DNA of 64,000 nucleotides, from positions 54,932,001 through 54,996,000 of the forward strand of contig OX597818.1 in NCBI GenBank assembly GCA_951406725.2, given 5' to 3'. A program made the translations under genes and the position numbers. Each line of letters begins with the position of its first letter. Position 1 is the first letter of the stretch. The notes beneath the pieces were generated by a model, which saw only the letters and a program-made list of their open reading frames with translations, did not search any database and had not been told where the DNA came from. The DNA is from Octopus vulgaris (taxonomy: Eukaryota). This document shows positions 26,243 to 39,422 of the stretch, piece after piece.

Positions 26243-27024
26243 CATTTATATGTGTGTACGTGCACACTGGCGTGTGTGGGTGTGGGTGTATACTTACATG
26301 CATACATACATATATGCATACATACATGCATACACACATGCAAACACATATACGCAAATACTGATATGCGAATCGCATGAAATAGGTTACCGATTCATAT
26401 AGTTGGCAAGAGTAGGTGTGCCACTCACATCTTTGGAACCAGAAAATAACCCAAACCCCATCCCCATCAAATTGTAAGCGACTACCGAGCTTGCATAAGA
26501 CCCGCTATGAAGTGACGCACCTACTTCATAGCTACTCATTTAACTAATTTAATCAGCATCTTATGACCAAAAGACTAAGTAAGATCAGATCAGCCATCAC
26601 CCGCAATTTCTGCTCAGTGATCCGAACAATTTAACCTTCTCCGTCTTTTGGTTTCATTTTGATCTTACACCGTGACTTTCTTACATATCTCGTTGCCAAC
26701 ATGAGCAAGAACTCATCTTTCAACCCAGCTCAGCTTAACACTAGAAGTTCAAGAACTGGCTCGATATTTTTGTAACTGCATACGCCCAAAAAACATCACG
26801 CGCGCACACACATACACGCACACACACACAAACATATCGTTTTCTTCACTTATACACATACCATGAATCTTGCCTCGCTAATACAATTCACTAAACACAT
26901 ACACTGACACAACTTACCAGAGCATCCATACAAATTTAAGATTCCGGCAAGAGATGAATGAACACCTTCACCATATACAGCTTACGCAGCTAACATCATA
27001 TACACGCAGAAAAGTCTCTAACTA

Positions 27025-27592
27025 TTGGGTTGTCCGGAAAGTTCGTGCCGATTCTTAAAGGAAAGAAAAAGGTCAATAAATATTTGCCATTACATTTTTA
27101 ATCAACCAAATATGAACCATTTTATTGCACAATGCGTCTCCATCTTTCCTTTAACTTGAAAATACCCTCTTCCCAGATTTGAGGTGGCTTCATGGCAAAG
27201 AATTCATCAAGGTATCTTTTTACGTCATCCAATGAATTGAAATTTTTACCATTTTAAGACTATTCTGCAGAGACCTGAATAAGTGGAAATCCGAAGGAGA
27301 AATATCTGGTGAATATGGAGGTTGGGGTAACACATCCCAGCCGAGCTATAGCAATTTTTGTCCGGTTCCCAAAGCATCAAGTGTAGAAAATGAACTTTCT
27401 TATCTTTCATTTTAAATGATTACAGAATTAACACAGGTTATAGGAACATAAACCTTCTTCCACGAAAAGACGGCTTAAACTGTCCTCTAAATGGAGGTGT
27501 AGTCAAATCCTATTTTATGGATTCAACCATGTTCTAAAATAAGTCGAAATTTAAGCTACTATAAATCGGCACGAACTTTCCGGACAACCCAA
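27025..27592 (-). mobile_element. Internally deleted mariner element with perfect TIRs
   Basis: TA-TTGGGTTGTCCGGAAAGTTCGTGCCGATT ... AATCGGCACGAACTTTCCGGACAACCCAA-TA. The minus strand gives MKDKKVHFLHLMLW fused to LGWDVLPQPPYSPDISPSDFHLFRSLQNSL...RWRRIVQ*NGSYLVD*. Confidence 0.93.
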
Positions 27593-28187
27593 TACTTACC
27601 ATCTTTGAACTTCTGTAAAATTCCTTTTGGTTTCATTACCGCATCTGTTCCTGCCTGCAACATGTTTGATTATAATTTAACATGAACGTGCTTATACTCC
27701 AGAATTAATTCCTCTTCTCCGTTCCTGCTTTTTTCTATTTTCCGTTCTTTTGTCCTTGAAAAACAAATGATCTAAAACATAAGACAATTCCTAGATTTTT
27801 TGTCATTACTGTATAAAACTAATATACCACTTTGTATAGTATCTCTGTCATTCATTTGTGTTGTTTAAAAACAGATATGCAAATTTAAATATAAATATGT
27901 AAATTAAGTTATCCAAATACGGTAGTTGTTTAATTCCTGTTTGCTTTATACTTGAGATGATTATTCTACGTCATCGATTAGGTGAAGGAAATCAGGTGAG
28001 TCTTCTCTGAGGAGCGTCCAAATGGGAAATGGTCCATCAGGAGACTCTCTTCTCTTTTCCTCGTATATTGAAAGCTGAGAGATATGTCTTTACATTATTT
28101 AAATTTCTGATAACAACAAAGGCTTTTCGATATTTAAATTTATATTAGTGCTCATAATTTACTGTGAATTATATGTATGTATGTTTG

Positions 28188-28530
28188 TGAAGGCGCATGG
28201 CTCCGTGGTTAGAGCATCGAGCTTACGTTCGTGAGGTTGTGAGCTCGAATCCCGGACCGGGCTGCGTGTTGTGTTCTTGAGCAAGACACTTTATTTCACG
28301 TTGCTCCAGTTCACTCAGCTGTAGAAATGAGTTGCGACGTCACAGGTGCCAAGCTGTATCGGCCCCTTTGCCTTTCCCTTGGATAACACTGGTGGCGTGG
28401 AGAGGGGAGGCTGGTATGCATGGGCAACTGCTGGTCTTCCATAAAAAACAACATTGCCCGGACTTGTGTCTGGGAGGGTAACTTTCTAGGTGCAATCCCA
28501 TGGTCTGTGTCGTGACCGAAGGGGGTCTCA
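28188..28530 (+). mobile_element. SINE family D (tRNA head, CORE-like domain, own tail)
   Basis: GGCTCCGTGGTTAGAGC, GAGCTCGAATCCC, then GTGTTCTTGAGCAAGACACTT...CACTCAGCTGTAGAAATGAG. Partial relatives at 18680-18790, 19158-19210 and 42440-42535. Confidence 0.8.
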
Positions 28531-28634
28531 AAATGTTTGTATGAAAGTATGTATGTGTTTCTATGTACGTATATATATGCACACACATACACACACACAC
28601 AAAACTGAATGAATAACATTCTCTTCACAATCTC

Positions 28635-29120
28635 CAATCTCTCTTTTCCTCCCTCCCTTTATCTCTCTCTCTTTCTCTCTCTCTCTCTGTATCTCTGTCT
28701 GTCTCTCTCTCTCTCTCTCTCACTCTCTCTCCCTCTCTCTCACTGTATCTCTGTTTCTTTCTACTGTTGACTGTAGGACAGAAACAATAAAGGAAAGAAA
28801 ACGTGAAGAAAGAATGGAAGAAGCAGAGACATGAAGGAAAGGCGGAAGAAGAGAAAGAAGGACAAAATGAAAGAAAACTGAAAAGAAAGAAAGAAAGAAT
28901 GAATGAATGAATGAAAAGAGAAAAAGAAAAGGAAAGTGAAGCGAAACAAGGCGGGCTGTGGGGGAGAAAGGAAAAAAAAGGAAGGAAAGAAGGTTAGTAA
29001 GGGAGGAATGGTAAGAGAGGAATGAGAAACGGAGGTCGAAGGGAGAAAGAAAGGTTGAAATGGAGAATGAAATGAAGGATGGCGGAGAGGAGGAGAATGA
29101 GGAGGGGATGCGGAGACAGA
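28635..29120. repeat. (CT)-rich tract followed by a purine-rich (GA/GAAA) tract
   Basis: Read directly. Confidence 0.9.
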
Positions 29121-29289
29121 ATCACCCCCTCCCTCTACCTCCCTGTAATAAAGTGTGGGAAATAAACGTGACAAGCGAGTTATGGCAGTAATAAAAAAAA
29201 ATTGTGTAAAAAAGTATAATTTGGGAAACGATGGCCTTTTAAAGACACGGCTAAAACATTAGGTTTTGTGATTTTGTCATTTCTATAGA

Positions 29290-31343
29290 CGTGTGTGTGT
29301 GTGTGGTGAGGTAGTAGGGGTTGTGGTGTGTAGCATGGTGGTTGTGGTAGCTGTGGTGTTGGTGGTTGTGGTGATAGAGGTGGTGGTTGTGGTGGTTGTG
29401 GTAGCTGTGGTGTGGTGTTAGTTGTGGTAGCTGTGGTGATGGTGGTGGTTGTGGTAGTGGTGATGGTTGTGGTGATTGTGGTGGTGGTTGTGATGGTGGT
29501 GATGGTGGTGGTTCTGGTAGGCTGTGGTGGTGGTGGTGTTGGCGGTGGTAGTGATAATTGTGGTTGTGGTGATAGTAGTGGTGGCGGCGGCGGTGGTGGT
29601 GGTGGTAGTGGTTGTTTTGGTGGTGGTGGTGCAAGTGGTAGTGGCAGTGGTGATGGTGGTGGTGGTGGTGATAGTGGTGTTGGTGGTGATAGTGGTGGTG
29701 GCGATGGTGGTGGTGATGGTAGCTGTAGTGGTGGTGATGGTTGTGGATGTGGCGACAGTGTTGTTCGTGATGATAGTTTTGGTAGTGATGGTGGTAGTTG
29801 TGGCTGTGGTTGCGGTGATGGTAGAGGTGATGGTTGTGGTGGTGGTGGTGATGGTGGTGGTTGTGATGGTTGTGGTAGTGGTGATGGTGTTAGTGATGGT
29901 GGTGGTGGTGGTGGTGGTTGTGATTGTTGTGACAGTGGTGGCGGTGATGGTGGTTCTGGTAGTTGTGGTTGTGTTGGTTTTGTTGTTGTTGTTGTTGTTG
30001 CTGGTGGTGGTTGTGGTGGCGTGGTGGTGGTGGAGGTAGTGTGCTGCTCAATGTGGTGATGATTATAGCGGTAATGATGCTGATTGAGATGTTGACTATA
30101 ATAAGGATAGTGGTGGTGGTGGTGGTGGTGGTGGTACAGGTTGTTGTTTTTGTAGTGGTGTTGGTAGTAGTAATGATTGTGGTGGTGATGTTGGCGGTGA
30201 TAGTGTTGATAATAGAAATTGTGGTTATGGTTGTAGTAGCGACGGTGGATGCCGTTGTCATTGTGGTGATTGTGGTGATGGTAGTGGTGGTGGTACTAAT
30301 GATTGTGGTTGAGGTAGGGATTGTAGTCGTGGAGGTGGTGGTGGTGGTTGTAGTGGTGGTGGTGGTGGTGGTTGTGGAAGTGGTAGTGGTGGTGGTGGTT
30401 GTGGTGGTGTGGTGGTGGTGGTGGTGGTGGTGGTGGTGGTGGTGGTGGTGGTTGTGGTGGAGATTGTTGTTGTGGTGGTAGTGGTGGTGGTGGCGATGGT
30501 GATGGTGGTGGTGGTTTAGATTATAGTGATGGTGGTGGTAGTGGTAGCTGTTGTGCTGATGGTGCTGGGGGTGCTAGTGCTAGTTGTGGTGGTGGTGCAA
30601 GTGGTAGTAGCAGTGGTGATGGTGGTGCTAGTGGTGGTAGTGGTGGTAATGGTGGTAGTGGTGGTGGTGGTGGTGGTTGTGGTGGAGATTGTTGTTGTGG
30701 TGGTAGTGGTGGTGGTTTAGATTATAGTGATGGTGGTGGTGGTGGTAGGGTGCTGTAGTGTGGTGGTGGTGCTGATGGTGCTGGGGGTGCTAGTGCTAGT
30801 GGTAGTGGCAGTGGTGGTGGTGGTGGTGGTGGAGGTGAGGGGTGGTGGTGCAAGTGGTAGTGGCAGTGGTAATGGTGGTTCTGGAGGAGATTGTTGTTGT
30901 GGTGGTAGTGGTGGTGGTGGTGATGGTGATGGGGGTGCTAGTGCTAGTGGTAGTGGCAGTGGTGGTGGTGGTGGTGGTTTTGGAGGTGGTGGTGGTGGTG
31001 CAAGTGGTAGTGGCAGTGGTGATGGTGGTGCTAGTGATGGTGGTGGTGGTTCTGGTGGAGATTGTTGTTGTGGTGGTAGTGTTGGTGGTGGTGATGGTGA
31101 TGGTGGTGGTAGTGGTAGCTGTGGTGGTGGTGCTGATGGTGCTGGGGATTGTTGTTGTGGTGGTAGTGGTGGTGGTGGTGGTGGTGATGGTGGTGGTGCA
31201 AGTGGTAGTGGCAGTGGTGGTGGTGGTGCTGATGGTGGTGGTGGTTCTGGTAATGGTGGTGGTGGTGTGGTGGTGGCGGTGGTGGTTTTGGTGGTGGTGG
31301 TGGTGGTGGTGGTGGCGCTGACAGTAGTGGTAGCAGTAGCGAT
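29290..31343. repeat. 2-kb degenerate (GGT)n block with internal higher-order duplications
   Basis: Read directly. Variants of GGAGATTGTTGTTGTGGTGGTAGT recur five times (30459-31170). Confidence 0.95.
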
Positions 31344-31949
31344 GTAAATTAATAGTGGGAGGACAGCGAGGAAAGAAGGAGTAGAAAGACCGAGATGTGA
31401 AGCGGTGGTTATCTTTTGCGGTTGTTATGGTGACAGCTGTAGAAATAAATGGCGATGACATTGGTATATAATAATGGCAGTGATTGAGTCAGTCGCAGAA
31501 AGAGGAGCGACCACAAGGAGGAGTGGGGGGGGGCAGAAAGGGTACAGGGGACGGGTGTCTGGAAGATACAGACATGAATGGTATAGTGACAGAGTCCCGT
31601 ATTATAGACAAAGAGGCACGTATGAAACGTTCCCACGGATTCATTCATGGGAAAAGTTCAATAATTATCCGCACCATTATTACAATATGACATTCCTTCA
31701 CATCTATTGGAGTTGTTTTTTGATGTGTTTTTTTAGTATTTATTTTTATTTTGTTTTATTTTGTTCGAGATTTTTTCTCTCTTTTTGTTTTTTTTTTGTA
31801 TTTTCGGGAGGGTCATTATGTCAATGATGAACACACGCACGGGTTCAATTTCACTTTGTTATTCGTCGGTAGGTTAACTGTTTAATCACTTAACTAAGCG
31901 ATTTATTACGGATAAATAGCAGTCAGACGTTTCATACCTGAAAAACCAA

Positions 31950-32737
31950 TGCGATCGTTGTTGCTGATGCTGTTGTTGTTGTTGTTCTTGTTCTTGTTGT
32001 TGGTGGTGGTGATGGTGTTGTTGTTATTGTTGTTGTTGTCATTGTTGTTGCTATTGTTGTTCTTGTTACTGTTGTTGATGTTGTTATTGATGTTGTGGTC
32101 GTTGTTGCTGTCGTTGTTGTTGTTCGTGTTCTTTTTGTTGTTACTGTTGTTGTTGCTGATGCTGCTGTTGCTGGTGGTGGTGATGGTGATGGTGATTGTG
32201 TTGTTGCTATTGTTGTTGTTGTTATTGATGTCGTTGTTGCTGTCATAGTTTTTGTTCTTGTTCTTCTTGCTGTTACTGTTGTTGTTGGTGGTGGTGGCGG
32301 TGGTGGCGATGGTGGTGATTGTGTTGTTGTTGTTGTAATTGTTGTTGTGGTCGTTGTTGCTGCCATTGTTCTTGTTCTTGTTGTTATTGATGTTGGTAGT
32401 GGTGGTGGTGATTGTGTTGTTATTTTTGTTGCTGTTAATATTGTTGCTGTCACTGTTGTTGTTCATGTCCTTCTTGTTCTTACTGCTGTTGTTGTTAGTA
32501 GTGGTGATAATGGTGATAGTGTTGTTATTGTTATTGCTGTCATTGTTGTTGTTCTTCTTGTTGCAATTATTGTTGCCATTGTAGTTATTGTTGTTGTTGT
32601 TGTCACCGAGGGCACTTGTTATTACTGTTACAGTTGTAGTTTTTTATGTTTCTGCTGTCTTCTTCTTCTTCTTCTTCTTCTTCTTCTTCTTCTTCTTCTT
32701 CTTCTTCTTCTTCTTCTTCTTCTTCTTCTTCTTCTTC
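31950..32737. repeat. Degenerate (GTT)n block followed by a pure (CTT)n tract (32659-32737)
   Basis: Read directly. Confidence 0.95.
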
Positions 32738-33129
32738 AATCAGGACTCACACCATTAGCCCCAAGGAATAATCTCTCATTCGAGCCTACTCTAAGCTACT
32801 AAGAATGTGTGTGGGTAACTTGAAGATCCGCCCACCACACGCGATAGACTGGCGGTTGCACGGGCGCGAAAGCTACGTTGTTATCCTCATTCCATAAACG
32901 GTGGCTTTTAACAGGTGGAGAATTGAACCATCCTGGGGGGTACAGAGGATTCGCAATCTAGACTAGGGTCTGAAAGTTTACCACACCATAGTGGGTTACA
33001 CCATGGTTCCTCTGCTTTGTGGCAGAAGTAGGAAGAACGAGTGAGAGAAAGTTGTGGTGAAAGAGTACAGCAGTTAAATTTATTCATTAGTCAGTCTAGC
33101 ATAAAACCATGAGAATATAATAAAATATT

Positions 33130-33728
33130 TTATTCTTTATTGCCACAAGGGGCTAAACATAGAGGGAACAAACAAGGACCGACAAAGGAATTGAGTCGAT
33201 TACATCGACCCCAGTGCGTAAATAGTACTTATTTAATCGACTCCGAAAGGATGAAAGGCAAAGTCGACCTCGGCGGAATTCGAACCCAGAACGTAAAGAA
33301 GACGAAATATATATTTCTTTACTACCCACAAGGGGCTAAACACAGAGAGGACAAACAAGGACAGACAAACGGATTAAGTCGATTATATCGACCCCAGTGC
33401 GTAACTGGTACATAATTTATCGACCCCGAAAGGATGAAAGGCAAAGTCGACCTCGGCGGAATTTGAACTCAGAACGTAGCGGCAGATGAAATACCTATTT
33501 TTTTACTACCCACAAGGAGCTAAACACAGAACGGACGAATAAGGACAGACAAACGGATTAAGTCGATTACAATGACCCCAGTGCGTAACTGGTACTTATT
33601 TAATCGACCCCGGAAGGATGAAAGGCAAAGTCGACCTCGGCGGAATTTGAACTCAGAACGTAGCGGCAGACGAAATACCGCTAAGCATTTCGCCCGGCGT
33701 GATAACGATTCTGCCAGCTCGCTGCCTT
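33130..33728 (-). mobile_element. SINE C tandem trimer
   Basis: Three ~184-bp units; only the rightmost carries the 5' head. Confidence 0.9.
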
Positions 33729-33792
33729 CTGACAAGTTAAATTATATTATAGAAAAGGTAATGCTATCACAGAGACTCAAGGATTCGTCGTG

Positions 33793-34165
33793 GCACTCTG
33801 TCGGTTACGACGACGTAGTTTCAACTGATCCGATCAACGGAACAGCTTGCTCGTGAAATTAACGTCCAAGTGGCTGAACACTCCACAGACACGTATACCC
33901 TTAACGTAGTTCTCGGGGATATTCAGCGTGACACAGAGAGTGAGAAGGCTGGGCTTTTGAAATGTGGGTACAACAGAAACAGGAAGAAGAGTGAGAGAAA
34001 GCTGTGGCGAAAGAGTACGGCAGGGTTCGCCACCATCCCCTGCCGGAGCCTCGTGGAGCTTTAGGTCTTTTCACTCAATAAACACTCACTATGCCCGGTC
34101 TGGGAATCGAAACCGCGATCCCACGACCACGAGTCCGCTGCCCTAACCACAAGGGCCATTGCATC
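33793..34165 (-). mobile_element. SINE family B, full length
   Basis: Reverse complement of 4874-5254. Confidence 0.88.
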
Positions 34166-34564
34166 CCCGTGATGAAAGGATTATATGACGGTAGAATAAT
34201 TGCTTTCGTTTGAAGGGAAATAGGTATAAAACAAGATCTAAGGGTAACCGTATAGTATATTTAACTGTCATTAGTTGACCTAGTGGCATGAGGTGGTGTT
34301 GGGGGTGGGGCGGTGGTGGTGGTGATGATGGTGGTGGTGAGACACATGAAAAGTGGAAATAATGTAAACATACACACACATACCCGCGCACACACACACA
34401 CACACGCACGCACATTCTTTTATTCTTTTACTTGCTTCAGTCATTTGACTGCGGCCATGCTTGAGCACGCCCTTAAGGGGTTTTGGACGAAAAATATCGA
34501 CCCCAGACTTCTTTTTTAAAGACTAATTTTTATTCTATAAGTGTCTTTTATTGAATCGCTAAAC

Positions 34565-34599
<35 letters not shown>

Positions 34600-34608
34600 C
34601 ATACTCAT

Positions 34609-34643
<35 letters not shown>

Positions 34644-34646
34644 GAG

Positions 34647-34814
<168 letters not shown>

Positions 34815-35359
34815 TTAGAGACAAAACCACTATTTTGCAATTAATATTATATTAATATTATATAATATTTTACTATAAAATTGGATTTAATCCTAAATCT
34901 GATTTTTTCCCTGTAAATTTGGATTTATTCCCTAATATTTATTATTATTATATATATATATATATATTATACAAAACAAGAGGGTAGTTGAAGATAAGAT
35001 TAATAAAAATTTATTAAAATTGACAAGACCAGACCTACACTTGTTTCAATTCATCACTTGCAGGATAAAAATTAACCAAATTTAATTTGATTTAACTAAA
35101 TTAATTTAATTGATTACTATAAGTGAGAATATCTCCAGGGAAGGACGTACAGAGAAATTTATCATATATTAAAAGAATGAAAACATAAAAACAGGAAGAA
35201 TACAGTCTACCATTATAGTTAAAAATATGTACAGAGTTATAAAAATATAGTTATAAAAAAATATAGTTAGTCGTAAATTAATTCAGATAATGATAATGCA
35301 GACATGGCCATACAAAAATATGAATAATGGTGTTTCGTAAAAAACAATACACAGGTTGT

Positions 35360-35930
35360 ATGTATTTGTGTCTGCTCCTACCCCATCCCCTGACAACCGA
35401 TGTTTGTGTGTTTACATCCCAGTAACCTCGCGGTTCGGCAAAAGGGGGTGATAGAATAAGTTGTAGGCTTGCAAAGAATAAGTCCTTGGCTCGTGTCTGC
35501 TCCTACCCCATCCCCTGACAACCGATGTTTGTGTGTTTACATCCCAGTAACCTCGCGGTTCGGCAAAAGGGGGTGATAGAATAAGTAGTAGGCTTGCAAA
35601 GAATAAGTCCTTGGCTCGAGTTGTTCGGATAAAGGCGGTGCTCCAGCATGGTCGTAGTGAAATGAGTGAAACAAGTAAAAGGATAAAAGCATGTGTGTGT
35701 GTGTGTGTGTATTGTGACTTTGTGTCTGTGTTTGTCCTCCACCATCGTTTGGTTACTGGTGCTGCTGTGTTTACGTTCTCGTAACTTAGCGGTTCGGCAA
35801 AAGAAACCAAAAAAAAAAAGTACCAGGCATAAAAAAAGAAATAGCTGGTATCGATTTTTTGGATTAAAATTCTTCAAGGCGGTACTCCAGAGTGGCCGCA
35901 GTCCAATGAGTGAAAAAGATAAAAGAACCA
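35360..35930 (+). mobile_element. SINE A tails, the first carrying a near-perfect 125-bp tandem duplication (35368-35492 / 35493-35617)
   Basis: GTGTCTGCTCCTACCCCATCCCCTGACAACCG...AGTCCTTGGCTC occurs twice. Confidence 0.85.
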
Positions 35931-36269
35931 TTAAATTCCCGAGGGAAACTTAAAGCTAAGGGAGGTAACTCTTGTATTTCTCACGGTCGCTTTACCTGCT
36001 AGAAATAGCAACTAAAATGCTTTTAAATCAGATCCAGTTCTGGATGTTTAAGAAACAAATAAAGGGCAGATTTGCAATCCTGGGATCATCCTGGTTTCAA
36101 GAAGGTATTGTACGTCTACGTATAGCAAATGGAGACTGAGATACAGGTGCCCCAGACAGACAGAATTTAGTTTTTATCAATATAGATTAAATGCATCCAA
36201 AAAGTATCCGATTTTATTTTTTCTGCCAAAATTAATGCTGCGAGGGCAAAAGTCGGATCCATTTTGAAC

Positions 36270-36520
36270 GCACCTTGCAATCTGATTCTCCTAGTCAATA
36301 ACAATACACAACTCGTTCGACAGATTCCTTACTCTCCCGACTTGGCACTACGTGACTTCTAGTTCTTTCCCAAACTGATAACGACGCTCAATGAGAAAGG
36401 ATTTGAGTCACGCGAGAATCGTTTGAGAAAAGCGACTGCGTAGCTTCATAGCATTCCAGATAAGGTGTTCCAGTAATGTTATCAGCAGAAACAAAGGGAG
36501 TATTTTGAAGGTGATGATAT
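36270..36520 (+). pseudogene. Mariner transposase C-terminal relic
   Basis: Translates as QIPYSPDLALRDF*FFPKL...KGFESRE and, further on, REYFEGD. Confidence 0.7.
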
Positions 36521-36579
36521 AAAATTTGTGAAATGCACAAATTTCTCACCACCACCACCATCACCATCACCACCAAAAC

Positions 36580-36928
36580 CGGGCTCGTGGTCATACGATC
36601 GCGGTTTCGATTCTTAGACCGCGCGTTGTGAGTGTTTATTGAGCAAAAACACCTAAAGCTACGCGAGGCTCCGGTAGAGGTTGGTGGCGAACCTTGCCGT
36701 ACTCTTTCACCACAAATTTCTCTCACTCTTTCTTCCTGTCTGTGTCGTACTTGAATTTCAAAGGGCCAGCCTTGTCACACGCTGTGTCACGTTGAATCTC
36801 CCCGAGAACAATATTAAGGGTACAAGTGTCTTTGGGTTGCTCTGTCACTAACACGTTAATTTCACGAGCAGGCTGTTCCGTTGATTGGATCAACTGGAAC
36901 CCTCGTCGTCATGACCGACGGAGTGCCG
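36580..36928 (+). mobile_element. SINE family B, 5'-eroded
   Basis: Colinear with 4900-5250. Confidence 0.85.
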
Positions 36929-37154
36929 TAGTAAGCGTTTGTGTTAGTGTGTGTATATACACACAGACACATGTGCATATTTAGCATAAATTTATGGCAG
37001 GTTTTTACTTTCTCGCTTTTGCAGTTCCCTTTCTTTTACCTTTCAACAGACCGCATAGAGACCCATCCATCGGTGAAAGTTTAACGTGATTGCTAATAAG
37101 AGCTGTAGCCATAAACGTTAAATTTCTTGGGGATTGAGAGCATACATCTCCATT

Positions 37155-37188
<34 letters not shown>

Positions 37189-37244
37189 TAATATATTATA
37201 TGTGCATATATACACACATATATATATATACATATTATATGTAC

Positions 37245-37276
<32 letters not shown>

Positions 37277-37309
37277 ATACACACATACACACACACGCAT
37301 ACACAAACA

Positions 37310-37428
37310 GAGGTGCAGGCATGGCTGTGCGGTTAGAAGCTTGCTTTCCAACCACATCGTTCCGGGTTCAGTTCCCCTGCATGGCACCTCGGACAAGCAT
37401 CTTCTACTATAGTATCGGGCTATACACA

Positions 37429-37465
<37 letters not shown>

Positions 37466-37486
37466 GCACAAAGGTGTATGTATATG

Positions 37487-37525
<39 letters not shown>

Positions 37526-37680
37526 GAGGCGCTTCTTTTAGTTTCCGTCTACGAATTCCACTCACAAGGCTTTGCTCGGCCTGAGGCTATAACAAAAAGG
37601 CACTTGCCTAAGGTGTCACGCAGTAGGATCTAATCCGGAACCCCGTGGTCGGGAAACTAGCTTCTTACTACACAACCACA
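37310..37680. mobile_element. Two oppositely oriented SINE A heads around a microsatellite
   Basis: Plus-strand head at 37310-37420; minus-strand head at 37525-37680. Confidence 0.75.
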
Positions 37681-38172
37681 AATGGACCTCAGCCCATTTG
37701 TATTATCATTTATACTACACCAAACTTGGAACTTTCCCTGTGTTGGATCTTGAACCTACAGTGGACCGTGGACTGCATGCCGGAGTACAGTACACTTGTG
37801 TGATTTTACGTATACATTGGGTGTATTTATTCTATATTTGTCGATGTTTGCGAAACTAGAAGTATAATCAGTATTTGCTATAATAGTTACATAAATACAC
37901 AGATATGCAATTCCCGACTCTACCTTGGTGCCTGTGTTATTAAAATTTTTTGAGTCTGTTGGATCTTGAACCCAGTACCATATGGTTGAGAAACAAACTT
38001 CTAACCACACAGCCACGCCTGCACCTATTGATGTTATAATGATTCATTCAGCAAGCACGTGAAGCTAACTTTGAATTTGTTTCGGTGCTATTAGACCTCA
38101 TTAGCGTAATATATACCTCATCATACTTACCGAAGTGGAGATGACAGAATCTACAATAAGTGTACAATACTA

Positions 38173-38930
38173 GTTTCAAATTTTGGCACAAGGCCAGCAA
38201 TTTCGGTGGGGTGGGTAAGTCGATGTCATCAATCCAAGTGCTCAGCTGCTACTTATTTTATCAACCCAGAAAGGACGAAAGACAAAGTTGACCTCGGCGG
38301 AATTTGAACTCAGAACGTAACGGCAGACGAAATACCTATTTCTTTACTACCCACAAGGGGCTACACACAGAGAGGACAAACAAGGACAGACAAATGGATT
38401 AAGTCGATTATATCGACCCCAGTGCGTAACTGGTACTTAATTTATCGACCCCGAAAGGATGAAAGGCAAAGTCGACCGACGGAATTTGAACTCAAAACGT
38501 AACGGCAGACGAAATACCTATTTCTTTACTACCCACAAGGAGCTAAACACAGAGAGGGCAAACAAGGACAGACAAACGGATTAAGTCGATTACATCGACC
38601 CCAGTGCGTAACTGGTACTTATTTAATCGACCCCGAAAGGATGAAAGGCAAAGTCGACCTTGGCGGAATTTGAACTCAGAACGTAACGGCAGATGAAATA
38701 CCTATTTCTTTACTACTCACAAGGGCTAAACACAGAGAGGACAAACAAGGACAGACAAACGGATTAAGTCGATTACATCGACCCCAGTGCGTAACTGGCA
38801 CTTATTTAATCGACCCCGAAACGATGAAAGGCAAAGTCGACTTCGGAGGAATTTGAACTCAGAACGTAGCGGCAGACGAAATACTGATAAGTATTTTGCT
38901 CGGCGTGCTAACGGTTCTGCCAGCTCGCCG
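38173..38930 (-). mobile_element. SINE C tandem tetramer
   Basis: Junctions GAAATACC|TATTTCTTTACTAC at about 38337, 38519 and 38703. The terminal unit has a different tail. Confidence 0.92.
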
Positions 38931-39313
38931 CTTTACAAGTTACAATGTTGGGCAATAATACGCTCCGGTATGATGCAGCCATTGGTGACTGGGTATAAAG
39001 CGCCGATCTCTCGTAAGGGCCTAACTCCTAAGTTAAACAAAGATGCATATTTGCGTTACTGTCAGACAAACCAGATAAGCAGGTGAATGCTTCATTTCGC
39101 CCTAAGTACAGTCACACTCTCATTTTCCAAAGTCGCAATGATTCTGTAATAAAAAGGGTTTATTTTGTCTTTCCTTTCCTTGCATTATCTTATCTTATCT
39201 TTTCTTCTTTACATCATCTTTTGAAGCAGCTGAGAAGATGCAGAAAATGTTTTGTTGACACCATGGCAACTGGTATCTTAGGCTATATAAATCGAAAGCA
39301 AGAGAGAAAGATA

Positions 39314-39370
<57 letters not shown>

Positions 39371-39379
39371 CAGACAGAC

Positions 39380-39422
<43 letters not shown>

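Noticed and set aside
28005-28085. Hammerhead-like UCU-CUGAGGA...GAAAGCUG-AGAGA
   Set aside because: No clear stem II adjacent to GAAA, and G at the cleavage position.
33520-33856. Recurrent ORFs such as RNWYLFNRPRKDERQSRPRRNLNSER, LRSEFKFRRGRLCLSSFRGR and VLQHGRSQMTETSKR
   Set aside because: Incidental translations of SINE C and SINE A with variable starts, stops and frames.
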